Origin: an uncultured Nitrospiraceae bacterium
GTDB taxonomy: Bacteria > Nitrospirota > Thermodesulfovibrionia > Thermodesulfovibrionales > Dissulfurispiraceae
Direction of reading: 5' to 3'
Assembly: GCA_963727805.1 (NCBI GenBank)
Contig: CAVSHF010000003.1
Location: 864,001 to 928,000, forward strand
DNA: 64,000 bases
A model generated the notes under the pieces. That model was not told where the DNA came from. It ran no database searches and saw only the letters and a list, made by a program, of their open reading frames with translations. The first letter of the stretch is position 1, and the number at the start of each line of letters is the position of its first letter. The translations under genes were made by a program, and so were the position numbers. This document shows positions 27,361 through 37,900 of the stretch, one piece after another.

Positions 27361-29103
27361 TTATTGCCGCGGCAGAGTGAAACTGAAGGTGCTTCCCTTG
27401 CCGGCGGCACTCTCCACCCAGATTTCACCACTGTGGGCTTTTACGATCATTTTTGTGATTGACAGACCAAGACCCGATCCCTTGTTAGTCCCGGGTACTC
27501 GATAAAAAGCATCGAATATGTGAGGGAGGTGATCTTCGGGAATGCCAATACCAGTAGCCTTCACCTGAACAAGAACCTTAGTTTCAAGATTTCGAAGCTT
27601 GATGTTGACAGATTCGCCCTCAGTCGTATGCTTGACAGCATTATCTAGAAGATTTGCGATCACCCTCTGCATCATTACTTCATCGGCCATCAAGATCGGA
27701 AAAGGCTCCTCTGAGAATTCACAAATTATCCTTATTTGTTTATCGGCGGTCATTAACGTTGAGACCTCGATCTGTTTTCGAACAGCAGCCTCTATGTCGA
27801 AAGGCCCCATAACCGGGTTATATTCCCCCGCTTCAAGGCGTGAAAACAAGATGAAATCTGCAAGCATATCTTCAGCCGCTGTCAAGCCATCCGCTATCGG
27901 TATGACATCGGCATCGGCAAGACGGTAGCTGCCCGAGCGGATTCTGGATAAAAGCCAAATGGACGGGACGATCGCATCCTTGATATCGTGTGCGAACATT
28001 GACAGTATGTTCTCACGCTCTCTCTGCAGTTTTTTTACTTCTCTTAAATTACGCCTCAGTTCCCTCAGCATTCTGTGACGTTCAATTGCATATTGAATCG
28101 TCTTTTGTAGGAGAGCGCCATCTACCTCCCCTTTGACAATATAGTCCTGGGCGCCGCTCCGCACCGCGGTCGCCGCAAGTTCTTTGTCGCTGAGCCCAGT
28201 CAGCAAAACTATGGGGACATCCGGAATGACTGTGTTTATTTTGATGAATGTTTCGATGCCCTGACTGTCCGGCAGCGTAAGATCGGACAAGACAATATCG
28301 AAGCTTTCCTTTTGAAGCAGTCCGACCGCCGACGACAGGCGTTTAACACACATAATATCCAGGTGGACGTCTTTTGCATCAGTCGCAAGAGCTCGTACTA
28401 AATCTGCATCCCCCGGATCATCTTCAATCAGAAGTACCCTGATCTTATGAGGCTCTTTTGACAAATCGGCTGCTCCGCTTTCCATGAGTTCAGGGGACTC
28501 TTTTTTGATATGCTCATATATTTCGGGTTCCATCTTCTCAAGGCATTCCGGGCAGATGCCGTGAGAAAAGGATGCATCTGTGTGTTGCTCAATATACTTC
28601 TCTACTTTTTCCCAGTAACCCTTATGGTTGTGGACCTTCCGGCACCAAGCGCACATCGGTATGAGGCCTCTGAGTGTTTTTATTTCCCTTAACTGCTTAT
28701 CAACCTCAGTAAACAGTTTTTGCCGCTCGATGGAATATCTTATTCGCCGAAGAATCGAGTTGCCTTTAGCCACGCCTTTGATCAAATAATCCTGTGCGCC
28801 TTTATGAACGGCATCGATAGCGATATCCTGATTGCTTAATCCGGAGAGCACAACTACCGGTGTGTGCGGAAATTCAGCGTGGATCTTCATGAAAGTTTCA
28901 ACGCCTTCGCTGTCTGGAAGTTTCAGGTCGGTCACTACTATATCAAATGTCTCTGTCTTCAGCAGCTCAATCGCAGATAACACCCGACTTATCAATTGCA
29001 ATTCTATCTGTTCATCTTCAGCCTGCACAAGACTGCGGAATAGTTCGGCATCGTCAGGGTCATCTTCGATCAGCAAGACTCTTATCGATTTCTTCTTGTC
29101 CAT
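27361..29103 (-). CDS. Hybrid kinase REC-(Cys/His module)-REC-HisKA-HATPase
   Basis: Two REC domains; IPMCAWCRK...SHGICPEC module; H-box FAHDIK; GSGLGL. Confidence 0.9.
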   Translation of the reverse strand: MDKKKSIRVLLIEDDPDDAELFRSLVQAEDEQIELQLISRVLSAIELLKTETFDIVVTDLKLPDSEGVETFMKIHAEFPHTPVVVLSGLSNQDIAIDAVHKGAQDYLIKGVAKGNSILRRIRYSIERQKLFTEVDKQLREIKTLRGLIPMCAWCRKVHNHKGYWEKVEKYIEQHTDASFSHGICPECLEKMEPEIYEHIKKESPELMESGAADLSKEPHKIRVLLIEDDPGDADLVRALATDAKDVHLDIMCVKRLSSAVGLLQKESFDIVLSDLTLPDSQGIETFIKINTVIPDVPIVLLTGLSDKELAATAVRSGAQDYIVKGEVDGALLQKTIQYAIERHRMLRELRRNLREVKKLQRERENILSMFAHDIKDAIVPSIWLLSRIRSGSYRLADADVIPIADGLTAAEDMLADFILFSRLEAGEYNPVMGPFDIEAAVRKQIEVSTLMTADKQIRIICEFSEEPFPILMADEVMMQRVIANLLDNAVKHTTEGESVNIKLRNLETKVLVQVKATGIGIPEDHLPHIFDAFYRVPGTNKGSGLGLSITKMIVKAHSGEIWVESAAGKGSTFSFTLPRQ

Positions 29104-29286
29104 ATTTTTTGCCTCTCCGTACTTTTTAAGTGTATAAACTTTCTAGTACCATTCAAAAATTAAATGTTATTTTTGGTTAAAAAGCACGATACCCGGTTAA
29201 GCAAGCAGTTGCTTTTTGTTTCTGGAAATCCTCGGTCATGATACATTTTACAATTGTGATCAATTATTGTTTGCAATTGTAATAAA

Positions 29287-30766
29287 CCCAGAATCGTCAT
29301 TAGCCAACAATTTCTAATGGCCGCCATTAGGAATTGGTCTGGATAAGTTACTGAAAAAGCGATAAGATATTGCAATGCCTTTGGCACAAGCGGAAGCGAA
29401 AATGGTGTAAGGAATCTATTCATGGCACGAGAGCTTGAGCTGAGCTTTAGCGACAAAGAAATAACCCCATGGGGCGGCATGGCGTTGATGAATCGGATGC
29501 TTGGGAAAATGGACTTTCGTGGAGCATTAAAGCGGGCTGCACTGCCGATGCAAGGTTCCAATCGTGGGTATGCACCTGAGCAACTGATAGAACAGTTTCT
29601 AATAAGTGTGTGGTGCGGAGCCAACCGATTTGAGCATCTTGAAGTCACTCGGCACGATGAAGCAATACGGAAGATATTTGATTACAGACGTATGGCCGGG
29701 CATAAGTCAGTTCAAAGATATTTCAGGAAGTTTGGGCAAGCAACAAACCAGAGAGTGTTTCAGGAGCTCTATCAGTGGTTTTTCCAACGACTGCATTTTG
29801 ATAATTTCACCTTGGATTTGGACTCAACGGTTATGAGTCGGTACGGGCAACAGGAAGGAGCGCGGCGTGGCTATAATCCTCAGAAGCCAGGGAGAAACTC
29901 CCATCATCCACTGCTGGCATTTGTTGCGGATTGTCGAATGGTGGCCAACTGCTGGCTGAGATCTGGCGATGCCCATACGGCAAATAACTTTGAGGGATTT
30001 CTGCAAGACACTCTGGAACACCTTGCCGGCAAGAAGGTTGGTCTGTTGCGTGCAGATAGCGGATTTTGCCAGAAGACTATACTGGAGTATCTTGAGGAAC
30101 CGCAACATACAATCCCCTATATTATTGCCACACGACTACATGCGCCTGTACAGCGCATGCTTGCGGCGCATCGGCAGTGGGTTGAGGTTGAAGACGGCAT
30201 AGAAGTGGCTTCGGTTCTCTATACAGGCAATGGCTGGGGTAAAGAGCGCAGGATGGTCATGGTGCGACAACGGATTTCCAGAAGGCCGAAGGCAACTGGC
30301 AAAGTGCTGAGATTGTTTGCAGAGGAAGTGGAGATCAGGGACTATCGCTATGGCTGTTTTGTTACGAGTCTAGAGCTTCCGGCACACCTTGTGTGGAAAA
30401 TCTATCGGATGCGGGCAGATGCTGAGAACCGGATCAAGGAACTGAAGTATGACTTTGGTGCTGACAGTTTCAATATGCAAAGTTTCAGCGCCACTGAAAC
30501 AGCAATGAACTGCGTCATGCTTGCCTATAATCTGATGAGTCTGTTTCGGCAGGTAGTCTTGTGCAGTAAGGTTCAACCAACTTTAAAGACGATGCGATAC
30601 AAGGTATTTGCTGCTGGCGGCTACTTAGTCAAAGATGGTAATAGACGTATTCTTAAGCTTTGCCTGGCGATGCGGCGACGGCAATGGTTTGAAGGGCTCT
30701 GGGGCAAATCAAAGGATTTTGATCTGCCTGTTTCATTCACTTCACATCTCTAATGACAATTCTGGG
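29287..30766 (+). mobile_element. IS1380-family element, copy 1 (1480 bp)
   Basis: TIRs CCCAGAATCGTCATTAG / CTAATGACAATTCTGGG; AT-rich flanks. Confidence 0.9.
29422..30753 (+). CDS. IS1380-family DDE transposase
   Basis: LDLDST, HPLL, LRADSGF, YRMRADAENRIKELK. Confidence 0.92.
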   Translation: MARELELSFSDKEITPWGGMALMNRMLGKMDFRGALKRAALPMQGSNRGYAPEQLIEQFLISVWCGANRFEHLEVTRHDEAIRKIFDYRRMAGHKSVQRYFRKFGQATNQRVFQELYQWFFQRLHFDNFTLDLDSTVMSRYGQQEGARRGYNPQKPGRNSHHPLLAFVADCRMVANCWLRSGDAHTANNFEGFLQDTLEHLAGKKVGLLRADSGFCQKTILEYLEEPQHTIPYIIATRLHAPVQRMLAAHRQWVEVEDGIEVASVLYTGNGWGKERRMVMVRQRISRRPKATGKVLRLFAEEVEIRDYRYGCFVTSLELPAHLVWKIYRMRADAENRIKELKYDFGADSFNMQSFSATETAMNCVMLAYNLMSLFRQVVLCSKVQPTLKTMRYKVFAAGGYLVKDGNRRILKLCLAMRRRQWFEGLWGKSKDFDLPVSFTSHL

Positions 30767-30896
30767 ATAATAATGTTTTACGGATCATGCATCAGATACA
30801 TATCACAGTTTCAATGTACCGGCGGTTGATCTTAACGTCTTGATTTAATCTGGGCGGTGATAATATTGCAAAGCAATATTTGTCAATATATTTAGC

Positions 30897-32221
30897 CACT
30901 AGTGTCCGGTTAAGAATCATATAGATTCAATTGGTTACGATTTACCATAGCATTTAATGCTGTGCCATTTTCCTGAAACGCTTGCTGCAAGGGCATTTTC
31001 TCGAAGATGGTGACCGATAGGATCTGTAACAACGTATAGAGCGAAACATCGAGATTGAGCCTTTTCTTGATGATAGCGATAAGAACATAAACGGAAACAG
31101 CGATCCAGATTTGGGATTTGACGGCATTTTCTGAAATGCCGTAGAAACGCTTTATGCGAAGATGTTGCTTGATCCATTTGAAGAACAGTTCGATCTGCCA
31201 GCGGCTCTTGTATAGTGAGCATATGGTCAATGCTGGCAAGGTATGGTGATTGGTGAGAAACAGCAATGTTTTGCCGGACTCCGCGTCTTTGAAACGGATG
31301 CGGCGCAGATGGCCCGGAAAGTGTCTGCTGCTGTAATAACCATTCATGGCGATGGTCTGATCGCAGATCACGCCTGTAGTTCGATCTGCAGAGGCGGAAT
31401 AAAGTCTTCTGGCATTCAGATTGGATTTGGCTCGGGTAACAAAAAAGCTGCCGGCCTGATGCAGGACATACAGACGCTCGAAGTCGAGATATGCTCGATC
31501 CATCACATAGAAGGCCCCGGCTTCTGGAATAAGCAGGTCCAGAACATTGATATCGTGAAGCTTGCCATCGGAGATATGAATAAAGCTTGGGATAGAACCC
31601 CTGAGGTCCATCAGCGTATGAACTTTTACGGCAGCCTTGGCAGTCCGAAAAGGAGCCCAAGGAAACATCGACAGGCAGAGGTCTATGGTCGTAGAATCCA
31701 GAGCGTAGGCGGTATTGGAGATATCCACACCGAAGCTCTCTCCGGCATAGAGCTTTCTTGCTTGACCGATCAGCCGTTGAGCGAAGTCTGCGTAAATGCG
31801 CCAATCGCGAGATTCGTTGGCATCGGCCAGGGTCGAGCGACTGACTGGTCCTCGAAGGCCCATGTGATAAAGTTTTGCAGCTTGAGCCGACAAACAGGCT
31901 TCGATATCGCGGAGACTCTCCCGATAAGTAAGTTGCGCAAAAGCCATTATTCGAAATTGCTCGGCACAACGAAGACAGCGCACACGATGGTCGCCGCTGT
32001 ATTTCTGAACAATACGATGAAAAGTGCTCCACGGGAGAACGTCCATAATCTGAGCAAAAAGGGTCTTGCCTGTATTCATTGGTGCCTCCGGAACAACATG
32101 TTCCGAAACCATCACTGATATGCAGATGCAATTTCAAATCGACACCACCTTTTTTGCTCAGATTGCGATTGTTAATCATATGCTTATGGGCTGCTTATTC
32201 ATTTTTAACCGGACACTAATG
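30897..32221 (-). mobile_element. IS4-family insertion sequence, copy 2 (1325 bp)
   Basis: Same TIRs and protein as copy 1; 9-bp duplication ATATTTAGC at 30888-30896 and 32222-32230. Confidence 0.95.
30910..32079 (-). CDS. IS4-family DDE transposase
   Basis: Translation identical to 2233-3402. Confidence 0.95.
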   Translation of the reverse strand: MNTGKTLFAQIMDVLPWSTFHRIVQKYSGDHRVRCLRCAEQFRIMAFAQLTYRESLRDIEACLSAQAAKLYHMGLRGPVSRSTLADANESRDWRIYADFAQRLIGQARKLYAGESFGVDISNTAYALDSTTIDLCLSMFPWAPFRTAKAAVKVHTLMDLRGSIPSFIHISDGKLHDINVLDLLIPEAGAFYVMDRAYLDFERLYVLHQAGSFFVTRAKSNLNARRLYSASADRTTGVICDQTIAMNGYYSSRHFPGHLRRIRFKDAESGKTLLFLTNHHTLPALTICSLYKSRWQIELFFKWIKQHLRIKRFYGISENAVKSQIWIAVSVYVLIAIIKKRLNLDVSLYTLLQILSVTIFEKMPLQQAFQENGTALNAMVNRNQLNLYDS

Positions 32222-32725
32222 ATATTTAGCTAATAATCAGACTAATCAGTCTGATTATTGTTGACGTGCAACAAAACCTGTAGTATTTCTATTTAGCTAG
32301 TAAACGGCTGTCACAACAGTTCTTTCGTGGTTGACAACAGTGCTACAGGGAAATGACGGAAAATCTCTGCAAGACATAGGCCTGTCTGACCGTCGAGATA
32401 TTTTACATCAGCGTACTCGCCTGTTAAGACGTAAACCTATTGCTTCATCACAAATTATATCTACCTGCGCATTGCCCTTATCTTAGCGGTGTTTTATCAT
32501 GGCTCTAATTGCAAGGATAGTCAGCATTGCAAATGAGCATTTAACTGAATATTTCGTCCCATTTTATTTATAGCAATTTTAGCGGTTCCACGAATAAATA
32601 TGCAAAAATAAGATGAGATGAAAACTGCGTATTTAGGCGTGAAGTATGCTAAATGCGTTAACTGTGTTGCTGTGTCGTGGTGTCCGTACACGTGATTCGT
32701 TATGCATTCCTTTTGCTACAGGTAT

Positions 32726-33361
32726 TTATTCTTGGATGGAGCGTTCCTTTGTTTTTCTTCTCCTTTGGATATTTCGATAAAGAAAGAACCCGGTGATGCA
32801 ACTAACCATCATGAAGAAAATTAAATACTCATTTCTGCTAATGTCAATTCCTATATCTTTCAGACTGTGGCCACCCACATAGCCTATTGAAACCCACAAT
32901 GCAATGGTGACGGTGACAGTACAGGCATCTGTTAATAAGAATTTCAATGGATGCATCTTCATGATGCCGGAGACAATAAATATCTGAACCCTTATCCCGA
33001 TTATGTGCCTACCGAACAAGATAACCCAACTACCTTTTTTCTTGAATTGGTTTTCAAGTTCGGTGAGTTTTTCAGGAGATAGAAACCTATGAAACCATCT
33101 GTGGCAGACAACCATGCGACCATATTTTCTGCCAAAAGAATAGATCATAAAATCTGCTATTAGGACTCCCATATAAACAACAAACAAAGCAGGCAAGATT
33201 TGTACCGATTTGGCTTGAATTAAGAAACCACACAGAATAAATATAGCATCTTCAGGGAAAAAGGGGACTCCCATGCCGCCGAGAATCAATAAGACAAAAA
33301 GCCAAATATAGGGGGAAGTTTCTATAAGGGAATCTATTATTTGGTAAATTCCTTCAAACAT
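32726..33361 (-). CDS. DedA-family membrane protein
   Basis: GVPFFPED, YSFGRKYG, ILFGRHIIGIR, SGIMKM motifs; hydrophobic. Confidence 0.88.
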   Translation of the reverse strand: MFEGIYQIIDSLIETSPYIWLFVLLILGGMGVPFFPEDAIFILCGFLIQAKSVQILPALFVVYMGVLIADFMIYSFGRKYGRMVVCHRWFHRFLSPEKLTELENQFKKKGSWVILFGRHIIGIRVQIFIVSGIMKMHPLKFLLTDACTVTVTIALWVSIGYVGGHSLKDIGIDISRNEYLIFFMMVSCITGFFLYRNIQRRRKTKERSIQE

Positions 33362-33964
33362 GGTTTGCCGCCTATGGTTTTATTATACCCAAATCTATTT
33401 TGAGCAGTACGTCTTATCCCCACCGTAGGCTTATAGGTCACGTTGGTAAGCAGAGGTACATTACAGTTGCCGACAGCCTTATGGACGTTTAATTCTAAAA
33501 TAACAAATGGGTGTGATGGGTTGTAGCAGGCATTGACCACAGTAAGTACTGTTGCAGTAAGACCCGTCTTCAAGACTTTGCATCTTTCGCCCCGTACTGG
33601 TTTATGGCCATTTTGGAGGGTGCACTTACAACAGAGATTTATGAGAAAACTAAGAGAAATGAAGAGCAGTTTGAAAATTATCGCAGCTGTATTCTGCCCG
33701 CGAATTGATAAAATGATATCCCCCCATCTGGTATGCTCAGGCACTAACAAACGCCCAATATAATCATTTCGGGTTTTCCGCGCAATACTTTAATTATTCA
33801 ACGTGATAAGTATGGCTCTGTGGAATATGTGAATTGGCCGCCATTTAACTTCAGGAAGCGGTTGAAGCAGGGAGTTTCGCGATTCGCAGACACCAAACAT
33901 GCCCTTTAGACCACAAATACTTTAATCCACCGAAGCTGAGCCACGGCCTAGAAGCTTCCCTCTA

Positions 33965-33991
33965 TAAAGTACTGTATATAATTCCCGATAA
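33965..33991 (+). promoter_or_regulatory. Sigma28 (FliA)-type promoter upstream of cheW
   Basis: TAAA-N15-CCCGATAA. Confidence 0.65.
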
Positions 33992-34183
33992 TAAGTCATA
34001 CGCGTTCCACCAATGCCGTCCTGGGAGGACCATCATGTCTAGTGCTCAGTGGCGCTGCAGATGGAGGCAGGTCCACGTGACTTTCATTTATTTGAATATA
34101 GTGAAGCCCCTGAAATGTTTTGTCTTGTCGCTACTTAAAAAAGATTGCTAAAATTTTACTGAGACTTAATGGGGAGGAGTATA

Positions 34184-34675
34184 GTGGAAACAACGAGGAC
34201 TTCGAACGAATTGCTTCAATTAGTTACTTTTACGCTCAATGCTACCGAATATGCACTGGACATTCACGGCATTCAAGAGGTCAATAGGATGGGACAAATT
34301 ACTCCGTTGCCTGATTCTGCCAAGTGTATCGAGGGGATCATTAATCTCAGAGGTAAAATCGTGCCTATAATCAACCTGAGATCAAAATTTGGTCTTGAAT
34401 CGCAGATCGATGCTAGCCAATCGAGAATAATCGTAGTTGAGGCTGGCAGAACTGTCGGCATGATTGTGGATTCCGTCTCAGAGGTATTGCGCATATCGCC
34501 AGATATGATCGAAGCACCGCCGGATATTGCCGTTGAAGGTACATCACGATACCTGACCGGCATTATAAAATTGCCTGACCGACTCATCAGCATGCTGGAT
34601 ATTGGTGAGTTAATAGGCAGCGACAAGATGCAGCCTTTATCTTTGACGTATAACGAGTCTTCATTGGTACAATAA
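34184..34675 (+). CDS. cheW: Chemotaxis coupling protein CheW
   Basis: QLVTF, IEGIINLRGKIVPIINLR, GMIVDSVSEV; GTG start after GGGAGG (ORF track starts at 34169). Confidence 0.92.
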   Translation: METTRTSNELLQLVTFTLNATEYALDIHGIQEVNRMGQITPLPDSAKCIEGIINLRGKIVPIINLRSKFGLESQIDASQSRIIVVEAGRTVGMIVDSVSEVLRISPDMIEAPPDIAVEGTSRYLTGIIKLPDRLISMLDIGELIGSDKMQPLSLTYNESSLVQ

Positions 34676-34955
34676 GTGGAGATTGCAAATCTGAAGACGA
34701 AGAGGAATCGACAAAGCATTCAATCAGTATTGGGTTAAAGGCGGCGGACAGAACTGTCGATCTGAGTAATACATGATACAATAATTATCAAGGAGTGACA
34801 AAACAAAAAATAAAAAAAAATTTACTTGTTTTATATATTTCTAAACTAAAACAAATCCCCCCCCACCCCCCCCCTAGCTGCCAAAAGGTAATTTTATTGA
34901 TAAGTACCTTTGTATTAGGTAAAACACGGAGCTCTATCTAGTAGTAAAGTGAACT

Positions 34956-37900
34956 ATGCCCAATAACCCGAAAACCAGTCAGGATTACACCAACGAGGAA
35001 CTTCAGCAGAAATTTGCCGAAGTGACTTCCCTTAATTCTGCATTTCAGGCCATAACAGCAAGTCTAGACATGGCTCACGTTATCGATACCGCCCTTGACC
35101 AGATCCTAGCTACAGCGAAGCCCGATTTTGCAATGGTGTTTCTGAGGAGTGGGAATGAACTCAGCGTTACGGGAAGTCGCCATAGAGATTCCTCCCACGT
35201 TTCTTTACAGATGCCAGTCCACATAGTTGGAAAGTGTCTATGCGGGCTTGCTGTTTCTGAAGGCCGTCCGATCTACTCATTCGACATACATAATGATCTA
35301 CGCTGCGTCTGGAATGAGTGCAAGAATTATGGCATTCAGTCAGCTGCATCACTTCCTCTTCAAATCCGCGGGGACATTATTGGCGTTCTGACTATCGCCT
35401 CTCTAGTGCCTAGAGACTTTTCGCAGCGAAGGGAATTTCTGGAGATGATCGCTGGCCAGATTGCTGTCGGTATTAATAATGCCCAGCTGTATGAACGAAT
35501 CCAAAAACAGGCGGCCATCCAGCAGGAGCTTATTATTGAAAAGGATCGGCTACAGGCGGATCTCCTAACGAATGAGAAACGTTTCAGACAAGTGGCTGAG
35601 AGCACAGGCGTATGGATTTGGGAAGTGGACACTGATGGAATATATCAATATGCCAGTCCTGAAGTTCAAAAAATTCTTGGGTATTCTGTTGGTGAAATTG
35701 TCGGTGAAAAGTATTTCTATGATCTTTATGACCCAGACCTGCGAGAAGAGTTAAAGACGGCAGCATTTGAAGTTTTCGCTCGAAAGGAACCTTTCAGAGG
35801 GTTTTTAAATCCGACCGTCCACAAAGATGGCAGGATAGTCATGCTGGAGACTAGTGGCCTACCAATACTTGATGCGCAAAGCACACTCATAGGGTACCGT
35901 GGCTCGGCTCTTGATATCACAGAACGCAAGATGACTGAAGAGGCTCTTCGACGCACTCAGTTTTCTGTTGATCGGGCCCGCGAGGCCGTATTTCTGGTTA
36001 AATCGGACGCAGGATTGGCCTATGTTAATGATACTGCCTGCCGTTCTCTGGGGTATACAAAAGAAGAACTTCTGACCATGACCGTGTTTGATTTTGACCC
36101 AGAGTTCCCCAGAGATCAATGGGAGGAAATTTGGGTCAGAAATAGCGGAGTTGAATCCTATTTGACTGAAACCGTACATAAAACTAAGGATGGGCGTATC
36201 TTTCCTGTTGAATTAGTTGCCAATCCTCTTGTATTTGGCGGGAAGGAATATCGTGTTGTGTATGCCCGAGATATCACGGAACGCAAGCAGGCAGAAAAAG
36301 CACTTCGGGAGGGTGAGCGAAAGTATCGTGAACTCGTCGAGAATGCAAACAGCATTATTTTGAGGTGGGATCGGGAAGGTCGAATAACTTTCATGAATGA
36401 ATTTGGACTGCGCTTTTTTGGCTTTTCGACTGATGAGGTCATTGGGCATCATGTCATAGGCACTGTTGTCCCCTTGAACGAAACAAGCGGACGTGATATG
36501 CGGTCGCTGATGGATCAGATCTGTGCTAATCCGAAGGAATTTGAGCGTAATATAAATGAAAATGTCCGTAAAAGCGGTGAGAGGGTCTGGATAGACTGGA
36601 CCAACAAGACTGTACTCGATGCTAAAGGGCAGCTCATCGAGATTCTGAGCGTTGGCTCTGATATTACCGAGCGCAGGAAGCTGGAAGAACGCCTTACCAG
36701 ACTCAACAAATGTTTGCTGAGTTTCGGAGCCGATCCCATCGAAAATATCAACAAATTAGTGAGGTTGTGCGGAGAGCAGTTAGCCGCAACATGTGCTCTA
36801 TACAATAGGTTGGATGAAGGGATATTATACTCACTCGGCCAATGGAATACTCCGCCTGGTTTTCTTTTTAAGAATACTCCGGAAGGACACATTTGCTACG
36901 ACGTTATCCGGGACTCTTTATCAGAAGTTAAGGTCATGCGCAATCTCCACGAAACGCTCTATGCGACAACTGATCCGAATATACTTCTATATGGGTTGAA
37001 GACGTACATTGGGAAAGCCGTATCGTTCGGGAAAGAGCCGCACGGTTCACTTTGCGTCGTGTATCAGTCAGATCAGTATTTCACTGATAAAGATAAGGCA
37101 TTCCTGGAAATCGTAGCATCGGCCATCGGGGTTGAGGAAATGCGCAGGGAAGCAGAGAAGTCGCTCATTGAGAGCGAGCAACGCTTTAAAACGCTGGTTG
37201 AAGCATCTTTTGAAGGGATTGCATTGTCAGACTGTGGAGTTTTCGTGGATGTAAGCGATCGACTGGCAAGAATGCTTGGTTATGAACGCAATGAACTCAT
37301 TGGGAAAGCCGTCTTGCAAGTGGTATCTCCTGAGCGTCACGCTATAGTTGAACATTCGATCAAAAATGGTCTTATTGAACCTCTTGAGCATTTTATGCTC
37401 AGGAAAGATGGGACCGTCTTTCCGGCAGAAATACGGCTGAAAATGATACAGGTCGGAGGCCGAGATTTGCGGATGTCTGCAATCCGCGATATTACTGAAC
37501 ACAAGCAGGCGGAAAAGGAAAAAGCTAAGCTTGAATCACAATTACTGCAAGCTCAAAAGATGGAGGCAGTGGGTCAGCTTGCTGGCGGGATAGCCCATGA
37601 CTTTAATAATATTCTTACTGCGATTATAGGCTATGGATCGCTTCTTCAGACGAAATTAAACGATGACACTCTCTTGAGAGACTACATCAAAGAAATACTG
37701 GATGCTGCTAATAGAGCGACCGAAGTCGCCAGAAGCCTTCTTGCCTTCAGCAGAAAGCAAATAATGGATACCAGGCCTATCGACATAAATGACATTGTCC
37801 GACGCATGAATAAATTACTTTCCAGGCTCATCGGTGAAGATATCGAAATAAGTACCGTGTTGGCCAGCAAAAAAATCCTCTGTATGGTTGATACCGGTCA

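Noticed and set aside
2220..32221. Composite transposon formed by the two IS4 copies (or by the IS1380 pair)
   Set aside because: Each copy has its own flanking duplication, indicating independent insertions
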